Made by a program: the position numbers and the translations under genes. A stretch of DNA of 41,818 nucleotides, from NCBI GenBank assembly GCA_028717105.1, contig JAQUOM010000001.1, positions 1 to 41,818 of the forward strand. Direction: 5' to 3'. This document shows, one piece after another, positions 19,823 to 28,734 of the stretch. How positions within the stretch are numbered: the first letter of the stretch is position 1; every line of letters starts with the position of its first letter. Origin of the DNA: Candidatus Omnitrophota bacterium (GTDB lineage: Bacteria > Omnitrophota > Gorgyraeia > Velamenicoccales > Velamenicoccaceae). The notes beneath the pieces were generated by a model, which was given only the letters and a program-made list of their open reading frames with translations, had not been told where the DNA came from and made no database searches.

Positions 19823-21219
19823 CAGCGGCCTCCCCGCTTATCCCCGAACCCCAGATAACAACGCCGGAACTCAGCGACCAGTTTATCGCGAACCCCGGAT
19901 TCTTCCGGGAACAGATTATGACGCTCTGCCGGATCCGTCGAAAGATCGAATAGCACAAAAACAGGATAATCGAACCGGACAAAACGGGCGATGAGCTTTC
20001 TGCTGCCCCACCTGACGGCAAAAATACACTGCCACAACGACTCGGAGTTGCGCGGATTCGAGCTGGCGGCATAAACGAACCTCTCAGGGATACGGCCCTT
20101 TCCCTCCAGATACGGACGCAAGCTCAGGCCCCGCGCGTCTTTTTTTGGCGGGAGGCCCAAACAGTCTAATATCGTCGGCACGATATCGACGGATTGGGCC
20201 GGCCCGTCGATCCGGCGCCCCCCGGCCTTCAATCCCGGATGGACAATAATCAGGGGGATACGGACAGACTCCTGATAGGGATCGACGCAGGAATTGTTAA
20301 ACAAGGTACCGTGATCCAGGAGGTCGACGCCGTGGTCCGCCGTGACGATCAGAATAGTCTCTTCCCACAGTCCTCTCTCCTTCAACGCCGCCGCCAACCT
20401 GCCGATATAGCCGTCTACGGTGAAGACCGACGCATCATAATGGGCCCTGATATGCTCGATGTCCTTCTGCCTTAAAACCGTACAGCCTTCCTCGTTCGCA
20501 CAGAACGAATAACCCCAGAGCTCCTTTCTCAAAGGCAAGTCCAGAACCATCTTGTCGACAACGCCGTGATAATCCCGATCGAACATGTTTTCATCCTGGT
20601 CCCCCTTCTGGGCGTGCAGAGGAGCGTGGGCATCGTTAATATGCAAGAGGAGAAAAAATTTTTCGTTGCGATGGGCATCGACCCACTCCACGACGCGCGG
20701 AAAGAATTCCGAGATGTGCGCTTCCGGCTGGGGCCATACCGTCTTGATGAAAGGGACATCTTCGTAATGGTTAAAACCCTGATAAAAATTAAAACGCCGG
20801 TTCATGTGGACATTGGAGGTAAAGGCCCCTGTCTCATAACCGAAGATCTTGAGGATCTCCGCAATGGTCAGCTCTCCTTCGGGAAGGCTGAGCCGGTCGT
20901 TGATGACCTTGTGTTCGAAGACATAACGGGAGGTCAAAAGCGACGCAAAACTCGGCAGGGTCCAGGTCGCCTGGGAGGTCACGTCAAGAAAAAGCACGCC
21001 TTCCTGGGCCAAAGCATCGATGGCGGCGCTGGTCGGCCGGCTGTACCCGTAACACCCTAGATGATCCGGCCGCAGGGAGTCGATGACGACGAGAATAACG
21101 TTATAGGGTTTCTTGGGCGCGGCCCCTGCCTCGGGAACGATACAGGCCGCCCAAAAAAAGATACCCGCCGCGATGACGCTTCTTGTTGCGCAAAAAAACC
21201 GCCTCTTTTTCTGTAGCAT
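19822..21219 (-). CDS. Sulfatase-like (alkaline phosphatase superfamily) exported protein
   Basis: DSLRPDHLGCYGY, ATWTLPSF, DAHAP, ADHG, FDLSTDPAE. ATG 21219 preceded by GGGAGAG, then a signal peptide. Confidence 0.87.
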   Translation of the reverse strand: MLQKKRRFFCATRSVIAAGIFFWAACIVPEAGAAPKKPYNVILVVIDSLRPDHLGCYGYSRPTSAAIDALAQEGVLFLDVTSQATWTLPSFASLLTSRYVFEHKVINDRLSLPEGELTIAEILKIFGYETGAFTSNVHMNRRFNFYQGFNHYEDVPFIKTVWPQPEAHISEFFPRVVEWVDAHRNEKFFLLLHINDAHAPLHAQKGDQDENMFDRDYHGVVDKMVLDLPLRKELWGYSFCANEEGCTVLRQKDIEHIRAHYDASVFTVDGYIGRLAAALKERGLWEETILIVTADHGVDLLDHGTLFNNSCVDPYQESVRIPLIIVHPGLKAGGRRIDGPAQSVDIVPTILDCLGLPPKKDARGLSLRPYLEGKGRIPERFVYAASSNPRNSESLWQCIFAVRWGSRKLIARFVRFDYPVFVLFDLSTDPAERHNLFPEESGVRDKLVAEFRRCYLGFGDKRGGR

Positions 21220-21256
21220 CTTCTCTCCCTTGCCGTCCCGCCCTAAAACACCGGCA

Positions 21257-21430
21257 TCAAAACAAGCTGTAAAGAAATGCCGTCCTTTCATAACGCATCG
21301 CATACAAAACAGCATAAAGCCCGATCAATAAAGCCAGAAGTAACGACGTGAGCCACCATGTTTTCTGGGCCCAGATCTGCCGGACCGCGCGCCGGACAAA
21401 CGAAACACACGCCTGGATCCGCTGCCTCAT
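21257..21430 (-). CDS. 57-aa single-TM peptide ending FLYSLF (DltX-like / DUF5989-like acyl-shuttle candidate)
   Basis: Not in the ORF track. Translation: MRQRIQACVSFVRRAVRQIWAQKTWWLTSLLLALLIGLYAVLYAMRYERTAFLYSLF. Its ATG overlaps the TGA of the adenylation gene (ATGA). Confidence 0.8.
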   Translation of the reverse strand: MRQRIQACVSFVRRAVRQIWAQKTWWLTSLLLALLIGLYAVLYAMRYERTAFLYSLF

Positions 21431-23049
21431 AATCCCTCCTTCTCCATCAGGGCTTGCCGATCGACTTTGCCGGTGGATGTGCGCGGCAAAGAATCCCTGA
21501 ACTCAAAATCGTCCGGCACCATATAAGACGGCAAGTGGCGCAGGCAATAATTCCTCATCTCTTCTTCGCCAAAAGCGGCGTTTTTCGCCGCGACCAAAAC
21601 AGCCCTGATCCGCTTCCCCCCATCCCCTCCGTCGACAAAACACAGACAGGCCTGGCCTATGGCCGGATGGCGATAAAGGACGGATTCGATCTCGCCGAGC
21701 TCGATACGGTATCCCCGCTGTTTGATCATGCCGTCGCGCCGGCCGCGCAGGACAAAATTTCCGTCTTCATCCTCAACGGCCATATCACCGGTCTTAAAAA
21801 ATCTCTCCTGCGGCGCCGGCGTGATCCCGCGGACAAAGGCCCTCTCTGTCTTCTGCGGGTCGTCCCAATAGCCCTCCATCAGGGTCGGACCGGCCACATA
21901 CAATTCTCCTGTCTCGCCGGCCCGGACAGACCCGCGTTTCTCGTCGAGGAGGAAAACCTTGTCTCCGCAACACGGCCTGCCGATCGCAAGAGCGGCGCCG
22001 GGCGGCCGCGGGCGTTCGACACGATGGTACATGCACACATTGGTCTCGGTAGGCCCGTAAAGATTATAAAAAACGGCATGCGGCGCCAGGCGCATCCACT
22101 GATCCAGATATTTGTCCGCAAAGACCTCTCCGGCGAACAGGATCCTGTTCAATGCGCTTAAGTCCCTCGTTTCCAGGCGGCCATGAAGAGCCATCTGGAC
22201 GAGGGGATGTGGCACGGAATACCACACGCTGATCCGCTCCTGTTCCAAAAATTCGGCCAGAGAGGACGGAAAAGCCGAAAGACCCGCAGGGACAAGACAG
22301 AGGCACGCGCCGGCCTTGGCGGTGACGAAAACATCGAAAATGGAAATATCAAAATGGAGGGGCGCGTGGGATGCAACGCGGTCTGCTTCGGAGACGCCGA
22401 AACACGAATGGGCCCAGTCAACAAAAGCCAGGGCGGCCCGGTGCGAGATAACGACCCCTTTCGGCCGGCCCGTCGATCCCGATGTATAAAGAATATAGGC
22501 CGTATCATTTTCTGATCGGCGCGGGGCGCCTGCCGGGGTCTCTGCGGCCCCGGAAACCCCGTTGTCCGGGACGGCTAAAATCTGAATACCGCACCCTTCG
22601 GACCGGCGAAGCATATCCGGCGCGGGCGTGCCTAACGTAAAAATGAACCGGGGATTTTTCTGGCGACGGGCGGCCTCCATCAAGCCCTCCAGTTTTTGGC
22701 ACGACGTCACGACCGCATCAAGACGGCAATCCTCGATGATGCAAGACAGACGGATGGCGGGATCCATGGGATCCAAAGGAACATAACAGGCCCCAGCCTT
22801 GAGGATCCCGAAAACAGCAACAACGGCCGGCGGCGACTTTTCGACAAAAATGCCGATACGGCTGTTCTCGCCTAAACCCCGCCCGCGCAAGGCGCATGCC
22901 AGGCGTCCGCTAAGAAGATCCAGCTCGCCATAAGACATCTCCTGGCCGCGAAATCTCAAAGCCGCGGCTTCGGGACGGGCCTGGACCGAACCTTTAAGGA
23001 CATCTTCCAGGCGGCGGACTTCCTTGTCTTTACGGAGCTGTTTCACCAT
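21427..23049 (-). CDS. Stand-alone amino-acid adenylation enzyme, proline--carrier protein ligase-like (PltF/RedM/CloN4/AnaC type)
   Basis: YILYTSGSTGRPKG, HFDISIFD, WYSVP, LFAGEV, NLYGPTETNVC, KTGD, GYRIELGEIE, TGKVDR. Probable ATG at 23049. Confidence 0.88.
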   Translation of the reverse strand: MVKQLRKDKEVRRLEDVLKGSVQARPEAAALRFRGQEMSYGELDLLSGRLACALRGRGLGENSRIGIFVEKSPPAVVAVFGILKAGACYVPLDPMDPAIRLSCIIEDCRLDAVVTSCQKLEGLMEAARRQKNPRFIFTLGTPAPDMLRRSEGCGIQILAVPDNGVSGAAETPAGAPRRSENDTAYILYTSGSTGRPKGVVISHRAALAFVDWAHSCFGVSEADRVASHAPLHFDISIFDVFVTAKAGACLCLVPAGLSAFPSSLAEFLEQERISVWYSVPHPLVQMALHGRLETRDLSALNRILFAGEVFADKYLDQWMRLAPHAVFYNLYGPTETNVCMYHRVERPRPPGAALAIGRPCCGDKVFLLDEKRGSVRAGETGELYVAGPTLMEGYWDDPQKTERAFVRGITPAPQERFFKTGDMAVEDEDGNFVLRGRRDGMIKQRGYRIELGEIESVLYRHPAIGQACLCFVDGGDGGKRIRAVLVAAKNAAFGEEEMRNYCLRHLPSYMVPDDFEFRDSLPRTSTGKVDRQALMEKEGL

Positions 23050-23059
23050 GTTTTGGGTT

Positions 23060-24214
23060 CTAAAACTGGAGGAGCCCTTCAAAACCGGCCACCATATCCA
23101 GGAGGACCTCGGAGGTGCCGGAATACAACGTACTGGCCAAGGCGTCCCGCAACTCGCGCTCAACACCCGACTCCGTCATATAGCCATACGCGCCGTAGAT
23201 CTGGAGGAGGTCCCGGCAATGACGAACATAGGTTTCGCTTAAAGAAATTTTGGCCATCGCCGCTTCCAGAACACAAGAAGCCCCGGCGTCTTGGCGTGCT
23301 GCAGCCCGGTACAACAACAACCGGCTCTCTTCCAGATCAATTCTCATCCGCGCGATTCTGTGCGTCAGGGATTGGCGTTTGCTCAAAGCAACGCCGCCGA
23401 TCTTCCTGGCCGAGACAAAACGGCGGCATTCCTCAAGCAAGCGTTCCCTGATACCGATACTATTGGCCAGGATAAAGGTCCTCTCCTGTTCCATGATCGC
23501 CTGGAAGACGACGGCCCCGTTCCCTTCGCGGCCGACAATATTCTCTTTGGGAACACGGCAGTCGCAGAAAGACACATCCGCCATCGGGCTGGTCCTGAGC
23601 CCCATTTTTTCGACGGCCGCGCCGACGCTCAAGCCCGGCGTGTTTCTCTCGACGAGAAAACACGTCAGGCCGCAAAATTTCGTGCCGCGGCCCGTGCGTG
23701 CCAGGACAATAAAAATATCGGCGACCGGGGCGTTCGTCACGAAAGCCTTGCTGCCGTTAAAAACATAGGACGCCCCCTCGGGCCTGGCTGTCGTCTTGAG
23801 GCCGAAAACATCCGACCCCGATTCAGATTCTGTCGCTGCCAAAGCGCCGACAAGAGACCCGTTGCCCAGGCCTTTAAGGAACCGCGTCTTCTGCCGCGGC
23901 GTTCCAAAACGGTATATCGGCCCCACACATCCCCAGAGATGGGCATTGATGGAAAACAAAAGTCCATTATCCCTGGCCCCGACGCCCATGCCTTCCAGCA
24001 CGGCGGTCATGTCGAGGGCCCCCAGAGACAAGCCGCCGTAGCGGCGCGGCAGAAACATTCCCTGGAGACCAAAATCCGCGCACGCCTGCCATCCGTCGCG
24101 GGAAAACACGCCCGACCTGTCGTTCTCCTCTGTGTCATAGCGCAGTTTTCCCGAGGCAAACCGGACCGCGGCCTCTTTAAGCTCCTGTCGTTTCTTTGAC
24201 CAAAAAGGATTCAT
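23060..24214 (-). CDS. Acyl-CoA dehydrogenase family, prolyl-carrier-protein dehydrogenase-like (PltE/RedW/CloN3/AnaB type)
   Basis: DNGLLFSINAHLWGC, TESESGSD, NGSKAFVTN, KMGLRTSP, EQERTFILA, YGAYGY, YSGTSE. ATG 24214 overlaps the upstream stop (ATGA). Confidence 0.88.
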   Translation of the reverse strand: MNPFWSKKRQELKEAAVRFASGKLRYDTEENDRSGVFSRDGWQACADFGLQGMFLPRRYGGLSLGALDMTAVLEGMGVGARDNGLLFSINAHLWGCVGPIYRFGTPRQKTRFLKGLGNGSLVGALAATESESGSDVFGLKTTARPEGASYVFNGSKAFVTNAPVADIFIVLARTGRGTKFCGLTCFLVERNTPGLSVGAAVEKMGLRTSPMADVSFCDCRVPKENIVGREGNGAVVFQAIMEQERTFILANSIGIRERLLEECRRFVSARKIGGVALSKRQSLTHRIARMRIDLEESRLLLYRAAARQDAGASCVLEAAMAKISLSETYVRHCRDLLQIYGAYGYMTESGVERELRDALASTLYSGTSEVLLDMVAGFEGLLQF

Positions 24215-25182
24215 GAGCGTGGACATGGGGTATGTTTCTTTTCTACGCGGGCAAAAAGCTCTGAACAAAAAAGACAGCGTTCGCAAACGCCGTCGCACGA
24301 CCATTTTTTCTCAAGCAATCCCTCCAGCTCCCTGTTAGGGACAATAAACAACGCCGCCAGAGGGGAGTCGAACAGCTGGATGTAATTTCCTTCGAACCGT
24401 CCTTCGGCATAGGCGCGAACCCGTGAAATCAGGTCTTCGACGGGAACAAGCCGCCCGACGATCTTGTAATCATCGACCAGCCCCTCATAAAAATGCAAGT
24501 CCTCGGGGCGGATGACCGTATTAGCCAATAGCAAGTACGGATCCCGAAGATAAACCTTCTTGCATGCGGCATGGTAATCCATTTCTTCGTTCGAATGGGC
24601 GTAATGGCTGTGATGGAACCTGCGCCACGGGCAATCCCTCAGGCACGGTTCATTCACGAGGATCCTCACCCTGGCTGCACAGAGCGCCTGTTTGATCTGC
24701 CGCAGCCGGGCGGGAACCATATTGACGTTGATGGAGACCGCGATCACATCGGCACCCAGTTTTTCATAATAGCGCGCGGCCTGGGGCGTGGTAATTTCGC
24801 AGATCGTCGAAGCCGTGATCCTCATGTCCGTCTCCGACCGCACCATATCCATCAGGAACGGATGGCTGACGACGACACGGTCGACCCCGGCGGCGTCGAG
24901 ATCTCGGAGGTAGGCCCTGATCCCATGCCACCACTCAGTCCGGGACTTGGCCTGAAGACCACAGGGGGCGTTGAGGGCCACCTCGAATTCAACATTCCCG
25001 GCATGGGCCGCCTCGATCTGAGGCGCCAGAGACTCCAGGGAATCGGCATACTGCGGCCGGCCTCCGGCGATCTTGCCGGCGAGACCGCCCGTGTAGACAG
25101 ACGTCACCTGCGCGCAGGAATCCAGAATCCTGCGCAAGTCCTCGAGCCGGCCGCTGTAACCGACCACGAACCCTTTTTTCAT
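24211..25182 (-). CDS. Peptidase U32 family Fe-S protein
   Basis: GGRP, LNAPC, STIC, LVNEPCLRDCPWR, IRPEDL, KIVGR, C-terminal CDGVCERCLFC. Confidence 0.78.
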   Translation of the reverse strand: MKKGFVVGYSGRLEDLRRILDSCAQVTSVYTGGLAGKIAGGRPQYADSLESLAPQIEAAHAGNVEFEVALNAPCGLQAKSRTEWWHGIRAYLRDLDAAGVDRVVVSHPFLMDMVRSETDMRITASTICEITTPQAARYYEKLGADVIAVSINVNMVPARLRQIKQALCAARVRILVNEPCLRDCPWRRFHHSHYAHSNEEMDYHAACKKVYLRDPYLLLANTVIRPEDLHFYEGLVDDYKIVGRLVPVEDLISRVRAYAEGRFEGNYIQLFDSPLAALFIVPNRELEGLLEKKWSCDGVCERCLFCSELFARVEKKHTPCPRS

Positions 25183-25421
25183 GCGGCCTTCCTCTGTTTC
25201 TTCCTGACCACGCCGGCGATCTTGGACAACGTATCGAAATTCGTTATCGTGATCTCGCTCATGTCGACAGAAACCCCAAACCGCTTCTCCAAAAAGGCCA
25301 GAAGCAAAATAAACCTCATGGAATCAAGGACACCCGTCTCAAATAAAGGGGTATCGTTACCGAATCCCGCCGGGGGCTTCCCGAAACTTGTTTCAATAAA
25401 ATCTCTGATCTGATCTTCCAT
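25179..25421 (-). CDS. Acyl/peptidyl carrier protein (DltC/PltL-like)
   Basis: 80 aa; GVLDSM phosphopantetheine site; NFDTL motif; SD AGAGGAG before ATG 25421. Confidence 0.9.
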   Translation of the reverse strand: MEDQIRDFIETSFGKPPAGFGNDTPLFETGVLDSMRFILLLAFLEKRFGVSVDMSEITITNFDTLSKIAGVVRKKQRKAA

Positions 25422-25446
25422 GTCGCCGCTCCTCTGTGTGATGTGT

Positions 25447-25475
25447 ATTCTATCAACGTTCCCGGGGGGTGTCAA
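25447..25475 (-). promoter_or_regulatory. Near-consensus sigma70 promoter upstream of the ACP gene
   Basis: Minus strand TTGACA-17 nt-TAGAAT with extended TGn. The -35 box is flanked by an inverted repeat GGGGGGT/ACCCCCC (25464-25482). Confidence 0.7.
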
Positions 25476-25532
25476 ACCCCCCTCATGCGCTTCGTCGGAA
25501 TGCGCCGGCCGCAAACAAGCCTCCAGGCGGCC

Positions 25533-26747
25533 TCACCAGGATAACGGCCCTGAGCCGGCCGCAGGAGAGGCAGAAAACATGCGGCGCGCAATAACGACGA
25601 ATTGTTCGAACTCAACCTGGAACAGGATCATCCCGAAACTGACGAACGTAAAGGTCAAGAACACGGCGAAAGGGCCCAGCCAGGGAGCCTGTGTCACCCG
25701 CAGAAGAAAAGGGTGTTTTCTTTTGATATCCTGAAAAAAAGACCACGCCAGGAGGCCTGACCCGTGATACACCCCCAGAAGAAAAAAACTCATAGAGAAC
25801 CTGTGCCACATCATCGAAGCGACCAGCGTGGCGACGATCCCTATCTCCATCTTGATGCGGGAAGCCCTGTAGCCGAACAAAGGCAGGAAAAAATAATCCC
25901 GCAGCCAGCTGTAGAGCGTGATGTGCCAGCTGCGCCAAAAAAGGGCGATATTCTTTTTCAAAAACGGCGCGTTGAAATTTTCGGAAATCTTGTAACCAAA
26001 GAGGCGCGCGCTCCCGATGGCCATGTCGGTATACCCTGAGAAATCCGCGTAAACCTGGATGGCGGCCCCGTACATGGCGCCGACGAGGACCCAGCGGGGG
26101 TACTCGTCGGGAGACTGGAAAACGGGCACCACAAAAGTCCTCAGGACGTCGGCCACAAAGGCTTTCTTGACGACGCCCCGGACCATGCGGTAGAGTCCCG
26201 CCTGAACGCCGGCTAAAGAAACCGCTGTTCCGGCGTGCGCCTGCCCCCAGAAAGAACCGAACCGCTCCAGAGGGCCGGCCGGGAATGTAGGAAAAAAAAC
26301 AAGGTAGTGCAAAAAACCAACGGGGGAAGACGGGGGCATGGCATGGCGATAACACTCGACGAGATAATGGATCAGACGGAAGATCGTAAAGGATATCCCG
26401 AGCGGAAGGACAAACTCCTGAGCCCATGACGTCCAGACGCTGCCCTGATACACACTTCGCTGGAAAACTTTATAGGCACAAAGCGACCCGACCAGAAGAA
26501 ATAAAACAGCAAGAAATGCGGGGAGTTTCCGCCGGCGGTCTGTTTCCAGCGACAAGCTTCTGCCGATGTAAAAAACGGCCAGGCCGGCGGCGATGAGGAA
26601 CAACGCATAGAAGGCCGCGCTGGCAGAGATAAAAACAAGGCTGCAAAAGAAAAGAAAAAGGACCCGGTAACGGCCAGGGACGATCGTCCCGTATGCCAGG
26701 GCGGAAACCGCCAACAATAAAAGATAAACCGGGCTTAAAAACGACAC
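25533..26747 (-). CDS. MBOAT family O-acyltransferase (DltB/AlgI-like)
   Basis: LPLGISFTIF, FFPTFPAGP, YADFSGYTDMAIG, ENFNAPF, FWRSWHITL..WLRDY, MMWH (catalytic His position). Confidence 0.93.
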   Translation of the reverse strand: MSFLSPVYLLLLAVSALAYGTIVPGRYRVLFLFFCSLVFISASAAFYALFLIAAGLAVFYIGRSLSLETDRRRKLPAFLAVLFLLVGSLCAYKVFQRSVYQGSVWTSWAQEFVLPLGISFTIFRLIHYLVECYRHAMPPSSPVGFLHYLVFFPTFPAGPLERFGSFWGQAHAGTAVSLAGVQAGLYRMVRGVVKKAFVADVLRTFVVPVFQSPDEYPRWVLVGAMYGAAIQVYADFSGYTDMAIGSARLFGYKISENFNAPFLKKNIALFWRSWHITLYSWLRDYFFLPLFGYRASRIKMEIGIVATLVASMMWHRFSMSFFLLGVYHGSGLLAWSFFQDIKRKHPFLLRVTQAPWLGPFAVFLTFTFVSFGMILFQVEFEQFVVIARRMFSASPAAGSGPLSW

Positions 26748-26790
26748 GATGGTTCATCTCCTCTCGGGGGGCGCGCGCCAAAGCGTGATC

Positions 26791-28734
26791 TTAACGGTCC
26801 GTTCCCGTGCGCAGCGCCTCCATCCACGCCAATAATTTCTCTTCCATTTCTCCGGCCCGCCGGGGCTCTGCATCGACCAGATTGTCCTTTTCCAACGGGT
26901 CCCGGGTAAGATGATAAAGCTCTCTCTCTTGTGTGTCGAGAGAATAAATGAACTTCCATCCGTCGGGGCACCTCACGGAACGTTTAAAATACTGAAACAG
27001 GTAGTCCGTCTCGCTGTAGGCATCAAGCGCCAAAAACTCCCCCCGCATCATGGGGCGCAGGCTTGTGCCCTGCATCTGCCGTCGGAGCGCTTCGTCGACA
27101 TCCGCCCCAACAAGATCCAGGACCGTCGGCATGATGTCAATGGTCCGGACCTGGCCGGCGACGCGGCCGCCTTTCTCTCCGGGGACCCTGATGACCAGAG
27201 GAACCCGGATCAGCTCCTCATAAAGGCTGAACCCGTGATCGAACCTGCCGTGCTCATAAAATTCATTGCCGGAACCCGAAGAAAAAACGACGATGCTCTT
27301 CTGCATCAGGCCGAGTTTTTTGAGTTTTTCAAAAAAAGCCCCCAGCTTCTCGTCGGCCTCATAGAGCTTCGCATCATACCAGGCCCTCCAGAACGCGACG
27401 TCTTCGGCATCCAGAGAAAGCCGCCCCTGTTCAAGGCTGAGATCTCTCAAGGCCCAGTATTCATGCGGTGTGCCGCGATACGTTCCGCGATAGCGGGGGT
27501 CCGCGAACCTGTTGTTGAAACCCCGAGGGAGCGGATGGCGGCCGTGCACATCATAACCCTGGATAAACACAAAAAATTTCCGGTCCTTGTGCTTTTTGAT
27601 CCAGGCCTCGGCCCTGGGCAAAACCGCGTCCAGCCCGTTAAAGACACCCTCATCATAATAGGTATCGAACCCAAGGTCATAGCCGAACTCACGGCCCATG
27701 CCGGCGCCGCCCGTAAAGCCGGCTGTCAAATACCCGTTATTCTTTAAAACCTGCGCCAAGGTCGCCGCCGAAGGAGACAAGACCCTCATATCGGCGATCA
27801 CCTGGTCGTGCTCGGTGTAGGTCATATACTTGTTGCGCAGTTTATGCTGAGACGGATAAAGCGACGTGAACCACGACATAAAGGCAGGCAGGGTCCAGCT
27901 CGACGGACTCACGGCGTCCTGAAAGAGAAAAGAATCTTCCGCGAACGCATCGAGATGCGGCGTCGTATCCCTTGCATACCCATAGGCGCCGACGTGGCCG
28001 GCCCCCAACGGCTCAAGACCGATGATAATGACATTCAACGGGGCCGCCGCCTCTCGCTTTTCCCGCTGTTTGCCAAAAGAAGGCCGGGCTTGCGGACAGG
28101 CGGCAGGCGTCCGGCGCGCTCCGGAAACGGAAAACGTACCCATGATCCCCAAGGCCTCCTCCAAGACAAATTCCTCTCTGGGGATAAACAATTCGATACG
28201 ATAAAGCGTCCTTCGGGGTGCGCTGTAAACAAAAGCGAGGACGGCCCGATACACGGCCAATTCGTCGACGCAAACGCCATAGGTCAGCCGCGCCGTTCCA
28301 TAAAGAAGGTAAAGAGGCACGGAGACGCCGTCGGCTTGGAACCGGGTCTCTTGCGGTTTAAATTCAGGCGGGCACTCGATGGTTTGGGAGACAACGCCCG
28401 GGTAAGGAGAAACGTGGCGCCGATAAAGGGACGTGATGACGTAGAGGGATTCTTCGACCTGCCGGCGCGCCGGCGCAGCGTCCAGGCCCTCCGTGGCCTC
28501 GATCTTCATCACCCTGCCGTTGTGTTTGGCCAGGATGGTCCGGAACGCATCGCGCCTGAAGACGTCTTTCTCGACGGTAAAACCCGCGGCCCCCTCCATC
28601 CGGACCCCCGCCTCTTCTAAAACGGAGACGAGCGAACGCGGCGGGCCCGCCTGAATTCTTTGAGATAAGCCGTTCAGAAAAAAGAAGGCGGCACAGACAA
28701 GAATGACGGTTCGTTTCACACGATGCTCACTCAA
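26791..28734 (-). CDS. Sulfatase-like exported protein with an extra N-terminal domain
   Basis: HVGAYGY, SSWTLPAF, DVH, HGFSLYEE, GWKFI, LYHLTRDPLE. About 200-aa unrecognised N-terminal region. Start approximate (TTG 28734 after GGAGGAG). Confidence 0.83.
   Translation of the reverse strand: MSEHRVKRTVILVCAAFFFLNGLSQRIQAGPPRSLVSVLEEAGVRMEGAAGFTVEKDVFRRDAFRTILAKHNGRVMKIEATEGLDAAPARRQVEESLYVITSLYRRHVSPYPGVVSQTIECPPEFKPQETRFQADGVSVPLYLLYGTARLTYGVCVDELAVYRAVLAFVYSAPRRTLYRIELFIPREEFVLEEALGIMGTFSVSGARRTPAACPQARPSFGKQREKREAAAPLNVIIIGLEPLGAGHVGAYGYARDTTPHLDAFAEDSFLFQDAVSPSSWTLPAFMSWFTSLYPSQHKLRNKYMTYTEHDQVIADMRVLSPSAATLAQVLKNNGYLTAGFTGGAGMGREFGYDLGFDTYYDEGVFNGLDAVLPRAEAWIKKHKDRKFFVFIQGYDVHGRHPLPRGFNNRFADPRYRGTYRGTPHEYWALRDLSLEQGRLSLDAEDVAFWRAWYDAKLYEADEKLGAFFEKLKKLGLMQKSIVVFSSGSGNEFYEHGRFDHGFSLYEELIRVPLVIRVPGEKGGRVAGQVRTIDIMPTVLDLVGADVDEALRRQMQGTSLRPMMRGEFLALDAYSETDYLFQYFKRSVRCPDGWKFIYSLDTQERELYHLTRDPLEKDNLVDAEPRRAGEMEEKLLAWMEALRTGTDR

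Noticed and set aside
21427-25421. Prodigiosin, pyoluteorin or anatoxin biosynthetic cluster
   Set aside because: No PKS, condensation, cyclase or halogenase genes are in the window.
21427-26747. Canonical dltABCD for teichoic acid D-alanylation
   Set aside because: The A-domain motifs look proline-type, and dehydrogenase and U32 genes are embedded, so dlt symbols were not assigned.
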